Positions 1-10,700 of a stretch of DNA of 64,000 nt are shown one piece after another. A program made the translations under genes and the position numbers. Numbering within the stretch: position 1 is the stretch's first letter; each line of letters starts with the position of its first letter. The stretch is taken from positions 32,001-96,000 of the IMG/VR virus record IMGVR_UViG_3300023181_000026; one strand, written 5' to 3'. Source of the DNA: a virus. The notes below the pieces were generated by a model. That model made no database searches. It was not told the origin of the DNA and saw only the letters and a list, made by a program, of their open reading frames with translations.

Positions 1-3000
1 TGTTTTGATATATTCTGTCTAGTTCTTCTTGTCCGTATTGGTCTACGATTGATCGTCTAAATTTTATAGGCTCTGTCCCTTCATTCTCTAAGATATTCCA
101 AAGAGAATTATCTCTAAATTCATTCCACTTATTTTTTATTTCAGTTTTTGTAAGCCCTGAGTTCTCTGGTCTTAGTTTATATTGATTATAAGTCATAAAC
201 CCTACACCCTCAACTGCTCTGATATCATCAAAAGTAGCTATGAATACTTTAGATTTAATAATCTGATCCGTAATTAAAAATCCCTCATAACCTAAATTGT
301 TAAAAGCAACTGCAACCCTGCCTAGTCCTGAGTTTTGAAGTCTATTCCTGAAATCTATTACTCCTCCCGCTTCCAAAACTTTATATATTTTAGAGCTCCT
401 GTTTATTTTTCCCGTTTCTTTTAGTAGGTTAGGTGCTTCTTTAAGGTCAAATTCCTTCTCAGCATATAAGTTAGAATCTGCCTGAATGAACTGTCCTAAT
501 CGCGCCTCAATAAAGTTTCTATTTACTGAACCTGTTAAAAAGTTGGTTAGAGTTACAGGAACTGAGAATGCTAAGCTTGAATATTGTACAAAACGGTGAA
601 TTACTAAGGCAAGCCTACTTACGTCAACTTTATATCTATTTAACAGGTTTATTTCTAATTTCTTAGATTGAGTTTTTCCATAGATATTAAAGTCTATAAA
701 AGAATCTGCCATTTGTAAAGCATTTGAAGCATCTCCTGTTTTACCATTAGTGAATTTTTGTTCTTCTACCTGTTGTCTTAAAGCCATCACAGAGGCTAAA
801 CTATTCTTTTTTTCTCTGTAAAGATTTGATTCATAGAGAAGTTCGGCGAAAGTCATTCCTAAACTTAAACTTACATCTCCTCTTTCTTCAAGGTCATAAA
901 TATATTTCATTGGAATTATATTCTGAGAATCATTTTCATCTCTAACCCCATAATCTAAATCATCTACCCTGTTTAAAAATGTATCCTTATAGCTTCTTTT
1001 TATTGTTTCACCGATTCCAACTCTATAAGCATCTGATAACTTTTCAACTTTAGATTTAGATAATTGCGGTAATTTGTTTATATCTGTAATTATTCCGTAG
1101 TTAGCTGATACTTTCCTATTTGCTTCATGCATTAAAGTAAGCAACTGAAAATCTTCTAAATTTTGAGTTGGGTTACCTTGACCGTCGAAATTAAATCGGT
1201 TATAATAATTTTCATTTCTGTACTTACTCTGTTTTGGTTGATACTGACCACCTTCCCAATTTGCATCAAAATTTTCATTTCGTTCATTTTCTGTAGTATT
1301 TTCATTCCAAGTATAATTAGGAGTAATTTCTACATACTGAGTTACGGGATATTCTTCCTGTAAAGCTTGTCTATCGTTAACTAATCTACTAGGATTTATA
1401 TCTCCGTTATTCAAAGCTTTTACAAATTCGGAATAACCTTTTGGCGCAAATCTTTTATAATAAGAATACAATTTTGTTCTTCCATAAGCTATTTCAAGTT
1501 TTGCAGTATTTTTAAATTCGGGAGAGTTTAATCTGTCTACTACTTCATCATAAAATTCATCTTCTGAAAGTTCTTCACTTAAACCAAAATAAGATTGAAA
1601 GAATCTTGCATATTTAGGCTCTATATTATCTGTAGTGCCACTTTGTAAGTCTTCTATCTTGCGAATAAATTTAGTTACATTTACTTGGTCGTCAGAAGAT
1701 ATATTCTTATAAAGAAAGTCGGCTTCTTTTATAGTACCTATCTCAGACTGTTTAATACCTGAATCTAATAAATCATCAAAATAAGATTGATTAACTGTAT
1801 TCTCAGTCTCTACTTGTGCTTCCTGTACTTCTTCAACTCCGTTACGCCTTAATATCTGATTGGCTTGTTGAAAACCTTTCTGTATCTCTGTGTCTAATTC
1901 TTGTACTCTTTGTTTTGCGGCAAGGCTCATTACAGGTACATCTGTCTCTGCTGGATTTCCTAATTTCTGATATTTCCTTAAAATGTCTGAACGCTCATTT
2001 AAAGCATTTTCTAACTGAAAAGCTATTTCATCAACTACATACGAATCCTCTTCTGAAACTTCTGCGTCTCTTAACCTTCTTATAATTTTAGGCTCTTTTT
2101 TAGCGTCTGTATCTTCCGACTTATTACCTAAAGCGTCATAAAACTCCTTAGAAAACCTTATTCCACCATTAGTCTGAACCCATTTTAAAGCCTCCTTATT
2201 TCCACTGGCTTGTTCTATAGCTTGTAAAGTCTGAGTAAACTCCTCTCTCAGCTTAAATATCTTATCTTTATTTCTTTCTGCAAAGTTAGCATCTGCCTGA
2301 ATTAAATCCTGAGCAATCTGCCATGCTATAGTACCGTCTTCTTTTGGATTACCATTCTCATCAGTTAAAGCTTTTGCAAATTTTCTTTCTCTTGCTAGAG
2401 CTTCCAGTTCTATACGATCCGCATCTGACATTATGTCTTGCGGGCTGTATTTCTTAGTTATTCTATATCTTTGAGAAGATAGATTTCTTAGAAAGTTTTT
2501 TGTTTCTGTATTCATCCAAGCAGTATCACTTTCTCTCTGTTCATAGTAAGCTTCTGTAAAAGGTCTTTCTATATTTTCATTTTTCCATGCATTTACTTCT
2601 TGCTCATACTGTTGCCTTTGAGCTTCTGTTAATGTTGGAATTCTTTTTAATAATTCTTTTCCGCCCTCTACATTTAGGATAGATTTTAAAATATTTATCT
2701 GAGTATTTTGCAAATCTTGGAGAAATTGCCCCATATTGATTCCAGAAATAAGGCTACCTGTATGATTTCCATCACTATCAGTTTCTACTATATTTCTAAA
2801 CTTTCCTATATTATATCCATTATCTTCTATAAAATTTAATAAGCCTGTTACATCTGTTTGAGTTTCAATATTGGCTTTCGTTCTATTATCGGAGAATATC
2901 TTACCTAAAAGGTTTAAAAATATATTATTTGAAAGTCTTAATTGACCAAAAGTTCTTCCAAACCACGTTATATCTTTTGTTTCCTGAGTAATTTTTGTTC

Positions 3001-5014
3001 TTACTATGTCAGCATCGGCTTGGGACAATCCAGTTTTTGCAATTACAGCTTCTACTACACTATTAGCCCCTTCAGAATTAAGAAGTCTTTCATTTCCTTC
3101 TAATCTGTTTATATCTTCTATCTTCTGCCTTAAATCGGAAAGTATATCTTGTCTGTTAATCCCTTCAGAGTCTTTAATTACATTATTTTCTATAATAGAA
3201 ATCATATCCTGAATTGACGATTTCACGTCTGAAAAACTTGCTATAGCCGTAATAGTCTCTGCATTCAAGTATAATTTATTCTGATTAGGGTCTCCCTCCT
3301 GAAATCTTTTTAGAGCAGCTTCTACCTTTCTTACAGTTGTGTTTAAAGGCTCTCTTAATCCTGCGTTTAATTGCTGAATAGCTATCCAAGCTTCTGCATT
3401 ATTAAGCTGCTGAGTATTTTCTAGAAGTCCTTTAACACTTGATAAAGGTGCATCAATATTTGTACTTCTTTGCTTTTTTAAATTCGTATTAATCTTCTGT
3501 AAACTATTATAATAAGATTGGAGACGACTTGAAACTTTTTTATCAGCTAAAGAGTAAAATAAAAACTCACTTTTATCTAAAGTGCTTTCACTAAATACAT
3601 CATCAAAATTATTATTTAATACATTATTTGCTACAGCATCTGTAAATGCATCAAGTTCTTGTCGAATAGAGGGTGTAATAAGGGCTCTGAAACGAGAAAT
3701 TAAGTTATTCCATAGTTCTTGTAATAGATTTGTAAATCCTGCTTCTACGGGCGTATTTTGAGTTTCTACAAAATTCTCCTGAAACTTACGACCCAATATC
3801 TTTCCTAATATCTCTTTTCTTACAATTTCATCTAATTGTGCCCCTGAATAATTTTTAGAATAGATTTCTGTGTATCTTTGAGCGTCTTGTCTCCATTCAT
3901 TAGTTAAATGGACATTTGTTAGCATTCTATTCAAAGTTTCTACATCCTGAAAAGCTTCAATAGCAAAATGCGCCACCTCTTCTGATAGATTTTCTACTGT
4001 ATATTGACCATCTGCAAAAGCTACTACTCTATTTGATATGTCGGCTAAAGCTTCTGCTGTTGGCTCTACTCCGTTCTTTTCTGAATATCTTAGAATATAG
4101 TCATCTATAGAAGTTACATTTACTCCTATTTTACTTAGAAAAGATTTTAAACTATTCTTAAGTTGTTCTTCGGTTAAAGTCTGGATAGGTTCTGTAGTTA
4201 CTTTACCATCTCTAAATAAGCTGTTCTTCTCTCTGTAAATATTATAAGCTGATTCCACTACAGCGACTTTACCCATTCGAGATTCAAGGGTTGGCTGTTT
4301 GCCTGATTTTAAATCTTTTATGAATTGTTCCTTGTTTATAGTTCCGCCATCAAACTCTATAGTATTCAGATTGTTAGGATTTATTTTGATTGCACTATTC
4401 GCATATCTCAAAACATTATCGTTTCCAAATTGCTTTATAGCATCCTGATAAACTGCTTCTGAATTAAGTCTCACCAAACCTTCGGAATGACCTGCTCCTT
4501 GTAGTTGATATTGCCCGTCTAATAAAACTTTGCTTTCGTTTAGATTTCCAAGTCTTATTTGTTTATTTATAAACCCTTCAACAGTATCTGGATTGCTATT
4601 TGAGTTTATAGAAAATAAAGTCTGAAAAGCTTCTTCATTATTAAGATTTATAGTATTCTCTACTATAACTAAATCTGATTTAGAGTCTGGATTATATGAT
4701 ACTTCATTTGAAGTAAATACACCTGCTTGTATATCTCCTGTTTGTGTTGCATCTAGTGCTTCTTTATAGGATTGAAATAAATTCGCTGCGGGTGTTTTAT
4801 AGTATAGTGTGGGCTCTGCATTTTCATCTAATAAAGCAGGATGATTACTAAAAGTAAAATTAGGAGTAAAAATATTTTTATAAGAATCTAACGCTTGCTC
4901 TGTATTGATTAAAGCATTAGAAGCAATTGAATTAAATAATATAGAAGGTTGCCCATTTTCTGCCAGAACAGTTTCTATTTGATTTTGTGAATTTCTTACT
5001 ATTGAACAAGCCAT
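1..5014 (-). CDS. Giant virion cargo/ejection-type protein, at least 1671 aa, truncated by the window edge; contains a degenerate zincin-like (EExxH) domain
   Basis: Not in the ORF track because it has no stop inside the window. ATG at 5014 gives MACSIVRNSQNQIETVLAENGQPS; I spot-checked the frame near 4800-5014, 3900-4140 and 1-60 (open, ...GQEELDRIYQN). LSEEVAHFAIEAF lies around 3968-3982, followed by RKEILGK. Confidence 0.85.
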   Translation of the reverse strand, partial: MACSIVRNSQNQIETVLAENGQPSILFNSIASNALINTEQALDSYKNIFTPNFTFSNHPALLDENAEPTLYYKTPAANLFQSYKEALDATQTGDIQAGVFTSNEVSYNPDSKSDLVIVENTINLNNEEAFQTLFSINSNSNPDTVEGFINKQIRLGNLNESKVLLDGQYQLQGAGHSEGLVRLNSEAVYQDAIKQFGNDNVLRYANSAIKINPNNLNTIEFDGGTINKEQFIKDLKSGKQPTLESRMGKVAVVESAYNIYREKNSLFRDGKVTTEPIQTLTEEQLKNSLKSFLSKIGVNVTSIDDYILRYSEKNGVEPTAEALADISNRVVAFADGQYTVENLSEEVAHFAIEAFQDVETLNRMLTNVHLTNEWRQDAQRYTEIYSKNYSGAQLDEIVRKEILGKILGRKFQENFVETQNTPVEAGFTNLLQELWNNLISRFRALITPSIRQELDAFTDAVANNVLNNNFDDVFSESTLDKSEFLFYSLADKKVSSRLQSYYNSLQKINTNLKKQRSTNIDAPLSSVKGLLENTQQLNNAEAWIAIQQLNAGLREPLNTTVRKVEAALKRFQEGDPNQNKLYLNAETITAIASFSDVKSSIQDMISIIENNVIKDSEGINRQDILSDLRQKIEDINRLEGNERLLNSEGANSVVEAVIAKTGLSQADADIVRTKITQETKDITWFGRTFGQLRLSNNIFLNLLGKIFSDNRTKANIETQTDVTGLLNFIEDNGYNIGKFRNIVETDSDGNHTGSLISGINMGQFLQDLQNTQINILKSILNVEGGKELLKRIPTLTEAQRQQYEQEVNAWKNENIERPFTEAYYEQRESDTAWMNTETKNFLRNLSSQRYRITKKYSPQDIMSDADRIELEALARERKFAKALTDENGNPKEDGTIAWQIAQDLIQADANFAERNKDKIFKLREEFTQTLQAIEQASGNKEALKWVQTNGGIRFSKEFYDALGNKSEDTDAKKEPKIIRRLRDAEVSEEDSYVVDEIAFQLENALNERSDILRKYQKLGNPAETDVPVMSLAAKQRVQELDTEIQKGFQQANQILRRNGVEEVQEAQVETENTVNQSYFDDLLDSGIKQSEIGTIKEADFLYKNISSDDQVNVTKFIRKIEDLQSGTTDNIEPKYARFFQSYFGLSEELSEDEFYDEVVDRLNSPEFKNTAKLEIAYGRTKLYSYYKRFAPKGYSEFVKALNNGDINPSRLVNDRQALQEEYPVTQYVEITPNYTWNENTTENERNENFDANWEGGQYQPKQSKYRNENYYNRFNFDGQGNPTQNLEDFQLLTLMHEANRKVSANYGIITDINKLPQLSKSKVEKLSDAYRVGIGETIKRSYKDTFLNRVDDLDYGVRDENDSQNIIPMKYIYDLEERGDVSLSLGMTFAELLYESNLYREKKNSLASVMALRQQVEEQKFTNGKTGDASNALQMADSFIDFNIYGKTQSKKLEINLLNRYKVDVSRLALVIHRFVQYSSLAFSVPVTLTNFLTGSVNRNFIEARLGQFIQADSNLYAEKEFDLKEAPNLLKETGKINRSSKIYKVLEAGGVIDFRNRLQNSGLGRVAVAFNNLGYEGFLITDQIIKSKVFIATFDDIRAVEGVGFMTYNQYKLRPENSGLTKTEIKNKWNEFRDNSLWNILENEGTEPIKFRRSIVDQYGQEELDRIYQN

Positions 5015-5015
5015 A

Positions 5016-5261
5016 TTACTTTGTATATCCTACATCTTGTATACCTGTAGGTCGGGTTAGTATTTTTATTTTGGTTTTCTCTTTTAAAATCTCTTTGTCT
5101 ATTTCTGACAAATCTAGATCGCATCTTTTGATTTTTATTTCATAGGTGGCGTATCCTGTAGTTTTTATTTGTTGCACTACCTTATAAGCAGATCCTGTTT
5201 TTGAAGTGTAGAATATCGTCCCCTCAGAAAAGGCATTACTTATGGTTAAATATCCATACAT
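5016..5261 (-). CDS. Small hypothetical protein
   Basis: ORF-track frame 5016..5306; the likely start is the ATG at 5261 (MYGYL), which avoids overlap with the upstream gene. Confidence 0.55.
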   Translation of the reverse strand: MYGYLTISNAFSEGTIFYTSKTGSAYKVVQQIKTTGYATYEIKIKRCDLDLSEIDKEILKEKTKIKILTRPTGIQDVGYTK

Positions 5262-5299
5262 TGCCTTTATTTCTAAGCCCTTAATAATCTTAGCTTGTA

Positions 5300-7543
5300 C
5301 TAACATTCTTTCTCCGAATTTATTTGTTCCAATTGTTTTTGAGTGTAAAGTCTTTCTATAGAAGATATATTTTCTAAAGTTTGAACTAATCCTTCAAATT
5401 GTTGAGGATTTACTGAAGTATTTATATTAACTTCTATATTATATTGACTAAACAAAGGATTATATATTTGAGGTAGCTTTTGATATATCGTTAAATTTTT
5501 ATAATTTCTTGCCTTTTCCCATACTTCTCCGTTTACATTAATATAATTATCTTCAAGATTCTGGGTTGCTAGATATTCTCCATCTTCTGAAAGTTCTATT
5601 TGTACAGTTTTTTGTGAGAGCTGTTCTGGGTTATTTAAATAGAATTCTCTAACTAATTTTTCTTCTATAGGTTGTTCTTGGGTTTCTGCCGTAGTAAATA
5701 AAGTGTTTAGTTCAAAATCTTTGCTTATAATTGCATAATCTCTCAACGGGTGACTTTCAGGTGTAAAAAGATTAATTTCCTGTTTCGAATAAGGGTCAGA
5801 GTCTTTTAAAACTATACCTCTCTCATTAAACTTAAAATGATTATAAACCTTACTGAAAAGTTCACTATCTTCTATTTTCTGTTGTAAATATTCTCTGGAA
5901 AAGTCTGAAATAAAATCCCCTGTTAAATACTCATAACTTCTATTTACAGAATTGATTTTATTAAGCTCAACTTGTAAATCCTTTTGAACTGTGGAGAAAT
6001 TTATAGCATGTCCAAAAGCTATTTTATATAAGGTTAAGTCTTCACTATATCCTTGTTGTTGGACATATCTTACAATATCTTCTCTTATAGATTCTCTATT
6101 ATTTATATCTACTGCCTTTCTAAATAAAAATTTATTATTAGAATAAGCTGAAGGAAAAAGAGCTTGTTTATCTATTATATTAGGATTAAACTGTACCAAA
6201 TCTGTTACATAATCATATAGCCCTTCCAAATCTTCTTGCCTATTCACTCTCTGATAGACTCCTTCATTATTTACTTTAACTAAAGAATTTTCATCGAATA
6301 ATTGCTGCTCTGATTTTATAGAATCAACTAAAACTAGACTTTTACCTCTATTCGAAGGATTCATTTTTATAGCAGTGTATTCGGGCTGTAAGTTTTGGTT
6401 GAATATAAGATTGTAATTATTAGAAAAATCTTCTATCATAGCTTGTTCTACAGTGCCGTATTGAGCATTATAAGCTAAATTAGCAACTGAGTTAAGATAA
6501 TTTTGAATATCTTCAAAAGAATAGCTTTGATTTGTTATTCCTACAGTATCTATGCCTAATTCAGATGATAAATCCTCTATTCTAAGTAATAAGTCTTCTA
6601 TCTCCACTCCATTATCTTCCCAGACTGTTCTTGGAGTACTTTGTAATAAGTCTATGGCGTTAAGTAAGTCTGTTGCACTTTCTCCTATTATTAAAGACTG
6701 TTCTGTAAATTTTCTTATATTATTTGGGTAACTATACTCAAGACCTCCAAATCCACTGTCTTCTAGAATTTGCATTCTTTCCATAGAAGAGTAAGTTTCA
6801 AATATTTTATTTGCAAACTCATCATTAGTGAAGTACTGATCTACTATAGCTTCATTGGCTCCATCTAATAGGTTTTCAAATTGTTCTCTATTTTTAATAC
6901 CACCAACTCTTTGCCTTAAATCTTTATCTATTAAAAAAGGATTAATTTGAGTAAATTTTCCTAGTCCTATGATGTTAGTAGTATCTTGTACGGAGAGTAA
7001 ATCAGGAGTCTCATATGTTGCCATATTTTGATTAATCTGTCTTAAATCGATTTCATTTAAAGATACTTCGGCAATTATTTTATCTGCTGTTTCTTTTATA
7101 TTTCTATGTAGTGAGCTATCTGCTAATAAAGCTTCTATTTCTGTTTCTGTGTATAATTCACTTTTTGTCAGTGTTGCCCTATTCACAGTAAATATACCTT
7201 GTGGGTATAAAGATGTGACTTTAGTGTACATCTCTTCTATTGAATTAAAAGGTATAGATAAAGTGTTATTTCTTAAATTATCAATGTCCTGTTTAGTTAA
7301 AGATTTATTCTGATTATTATTTCTTGATATAAAAGTCATCACTTCACTAAGAGTAGGATCTGTTGCTGTCACCCCATTAATATCTTGATACTGTTGAGTG
7401 TAGGGTACATAAGCTATTTCTAAAGCTTGTTGTTCATTGCCCACTACTTGTAAAGCTTGACTGTACAACTGTGATATTTCTCCTTGTGGATTCTCAACTC
7501 TCTCAATATTACCTTCACTATCTCTAATTATTCTACAAGCCAT
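5300..7543 (-). CDS. Large virion cargo/ejection-type protein (747 aa)
   Basis: Long ORF in the giant-gene cluster; N-terminus similar to that of the 1..5014 protein; only two Cys. Confidence 0.75.
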   Translation of the reverse strand: MACRIIRDSEGNIERVENPQGEISQLYSQALQVVGNEQQALEIAYVPYTQQYQDINGVTATDPTLSEVMTFISRNNNQNKSLTKQDIDNLRNNTLSIPFNSIEEMYTKVTSLYPQGIFTVNRATLTKSELYTETEIEALLADSSLHRNIKETADKIIAEVSLNEIDLRQINQNMATYETPDLLSVQDTTNIIGLGKFTQINPFLIDKDLRQRVGGIKNREQFENLLDGANEAIVDQYFTNDEFANKIFETYSSMERMQILEDSGFGGLEYSYPNNIRKFTEQSLIIGESATDLLNAIDLLQSTPRTVWEDNGVEIEDLLLRIEDLSSELGIDTVGITNQSYSFEDIQNYLNSVANLAYNAQYGTVEQAMIEDFSNNYNLIFNQNLQPEYTAIKMNPSNRGKSLVLVDSIKSEQQLFDENSLVKVNNEGVYQRVNRQEDLEGLYDYVTDLVQFNPNIIDKQALFPSAYSNNKFLFRKAVDINNRESIREDIVRYVQQQGYSEDLTLYKIAFGHAINFSTVQKDLQVELNKINSVNRSYEYLTGDFISDFSREYLQQKIEDSELFSKVYNHFKFNERGIVLKDSDPYSKQEINLFTPESHPLRDYAIISKDFELNTLFTTAETQEQPIEEKLVREFYLNNPEQLSQKTVQIELSEDGEYLATQNLEDNYINVNGEVWEKARNYKNLTIYQKLPQIYNPLFSQYNIEVNINTSVNPQQFEGLVQTLENISSIERLYTQKQLEQINSEKEC

Positions 7544-7725
7544 TAATTGGGATTTTTTACTATATTATATAAAGTCTCTCTAAAGAAATCTTTCTCTCTT
7601 CTGAATTTTTCTTGTAATAATTCTTGATGCCTGTCCATTAGTTCACGAACCAGCAAAGTATAAGGTTTAGAAATATCCAACCCCCACATATCCATTATAG
7701 CCATTTGTCGATTTATTTCTTCCAT
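7543..7725 (-). CDS. Small hypothetical protein
   Basis: ORF-track frame 7543..7761; likely ATG at 7725 (MEEINRQM); stop overlaps the next start. Confidence 0.55.
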   Translation of the reverse strand: MEEINRQMAIMDMWGLDISKPYTLLVRELMDRHQELLQEKFRREKDFFRETLYNIVKNPN

Positions 7726-7751
7726 ACTCTGCAAAGTTAATAAAATTATTT

Positions 7752-10700
7752 TTATGCGCAAGTATTATCTTGAATTTCTTTTTGAGCCATGTTTGTAGTC
7801 TCTTCCACTATCGTATTAGTTGGATTAGCTGTCTGTCCTATTATAACTCTCTCTTTTAATTTTAAAGCAAGTTTTGGACTATGAAAAGGCTTATCAGTGA
7901 TGTCAATATTTATTGATGCTTGCTGTTGTAATAATTGTTTTGCGGTTTCTATTGTGGACTCATTCACCCAATCTTCAAAATTATTATAAGAGCTTTGGGA
8001 TGATAGTTGATCTCTTATAGAGTCTAAATGGTCAGGGTCATTAAGATTAGTCTGCCCTGAAATATAATAAAATCCATTTTCCAGATTATTACTGTCTATA
8101 TTATTTTCAGAAAGGTATTGATTAAGTCCTTTTACTTTTTCATTTATAGGCAGGTCAGCATTTAATAAATTATCAAATTCTCCAACTTTATCTATTTCAA
8201 TCTCATTCATTGAAACTGGATAGGCTACTTTACTTCCATTATAATTAAAGACTACTATAGGAAATTTTCTACCTCTTGACATTCTCTTGACAAATGTAGT
8301 GTTTACCCCTTTTTCATTGACTTTTAGAGTTAACTTTTCATTTGATATATAACCTACATCAACTATCTTTTCTAAAGCTTTATTCGATATTGGTAGTAAT
8401 TCAGTTGCTAATATCCCTGTTGATTTATCTAAGATAAGATTGAAATTAGGTTTTCCAAAATAAGAACTATTCCTGTCTATTGGGACAGATATTTGAACAT
8501 CTATTAAATCATTCTCTAAATTTGATTCCAAAGCTCTTTGGGTAGCAATCTTTCTTATTTGTGACAACTCTAAATAATTCCCATCTTCAAATATTTCTCT
8601 AGGTACAGATTTTAAAACTCCTCCTACTTCTCCTTCCTCAGACATTACATAAATGGAAATATTATTTTGCAGCTCTTGCATTGAAATAGCTCCTGCTCGG
8701 AACTTCTGAATTAAATCTTTATTAAATTCATTTCTGTTAGAAACAAACAGAGAAGTTTCTGTGTCATCAGGTTTATTGGTAAAATCAGTGAATGTGAGTC
8801 CTGGCTCTAGTTCAAAATTAGAATTATTAATTTCCAAAGGAGTTACAGTAGCATTTCTGTTAAGCTCTATTAAAAGTGGTTGATAGTTAGTGCCTAAGTT
8901 TGTCGAAGGAATAGCTTTAAACCTTGTACTTTCATTTAGTATACTTATTCCCGCCGCATTTATTTCTAAACCTTTTGTTTGCCCAATTGTAACATTAATT
9001 TCTGTACCATCTTCAAACTGAATTATAAATCTGTCTCCAACATTATAATTTTCTCCTGTTAGTAATCCTGAAACTTGTTTTCTATTATTCCTCTTATTAG
9101 GTTTGTTGTTTAAAATGCCTACTAAATTATCTTTAGCTACAATATCAACTAGTCCTTGAAGATTAATACCTGTTATACTGTAAGTACCGTTCTCCAATAC
9201 TCTAAATTCGGATTTTTCCCAATATTGCGTTTTATTGGCAGTATCTCTTCTGCCGCCTGCCAGAGTAAGGGAAGCTTGTATTTCCTCAGTATTAGTGTTA
9301 TTTACAGGTAAAGACTCTGTTTGATTGTTGTTAACCTCGTCTAAGGTGGCAATTTGTTCTAAAATATCTGCCAAAACAACTCCGCCTTCAACTGTACCTA
9401 CCGCTCTGCCATAAGTATTAAGTCTATCTTTTAACTGGTTAAATCTTTGACTATCTTTTTCTCTCAGTCCATTAACACTTCTACGGTTTCTGTCATAAAG
9501 CTTTTTATACTCATCCATCTCCTGCTGAGACGGTCTTTTAAGTGGAGTTGATAGTTCCTCTACGTCCCTTCTGTTTTGTAATATATCATCTACTATAGAC
9601 TGAAGTCTTTCTCTTAAAGTTTGAGGAGTGTTTAAAGTTATGCCGCTATTTTGAAACAATTCTTCATCTCTTTGTTGTTCTAAAGCATTTAATTGCTGTA
9701 TATGCCTTTCTTGAATTTGTGCATATTCTTCAGAATTTTCTAAAAGTCCTTCTGTCTGAGTTAGTTCTATTTGTTGCTGAGATAGTAATTCTTCTCTTCT
9801 TGTGTTATAAGTTTCTTCTATTTCCGCTGTTAATTCTGTAGGAACTTGTTGTTCTATAGGTGGTAAACTGTCCCCCTCTTCAGCTAAGTTTATTTTGGCT
9901 TGTGGAGACTGAATCTCAGTGTTTGCATTATCAACGATAACTTTGAATTCATTATATTGATTTCTTAATTGTTGATAAATTTCTTGTTCCGCTTTTTGAT
10001 AGTCCGAAATATCCGCGCCTTTCTTTTTAAATTTATTAAGAATAGGTGAAAATATAGTTTTTATCTCGGCTTTTCTTAAAGCTGGATTTGATAATTTATT
10101 AAATGTTTCATTAGCGTTGACAAAAGCTTTTTGAGCTTTATCATATTGATCTATCATATAACCAACACCCTCGGCAGACGACTCTTGTCCATTTCTGCGC
10201 CACGCATCTAAAGTCTCAGACAAACTTCTAAGATTATTTGTAGCCTCTACTAATTTTTCAGCATTTACAGATTCGTCATCAAATATATTGGCAAACTCTT
10301 GATTTGCTATCCTTTTTGCCTTCCTTACTTGATTTATATCTTGAGCTATAGCCTCTAGCTCTGAGTTTATTTCATTTCTTCTTTTACTGTCTCTTTCTTC
10401 TGCTAAAAGTAATTCCTGCCTTCTATTTTCAAACGCTTGTAGTCTTGCATCACCTTGTTCTGTTCTCGGTCTGGAAGCTATTCTTATTAGTTCTTCATTT
10501 CGGCTATTTAAATCTCTATCAAGTATTTCTAATTGCCTAGTTAAGCTCTTAACTTCTTTGCTTTTATTAACTTCTTTTGCTTGTAAACTGTTTTCTAAAG
10601 AAAGTGCTGAGGCTGCTCCTTCATTACCTATTATGTCTGAAATACCTTTAGCGTAAGATCTTGCAAGTCTATCTGAATTTCTACCCATGTAAATATTTAA

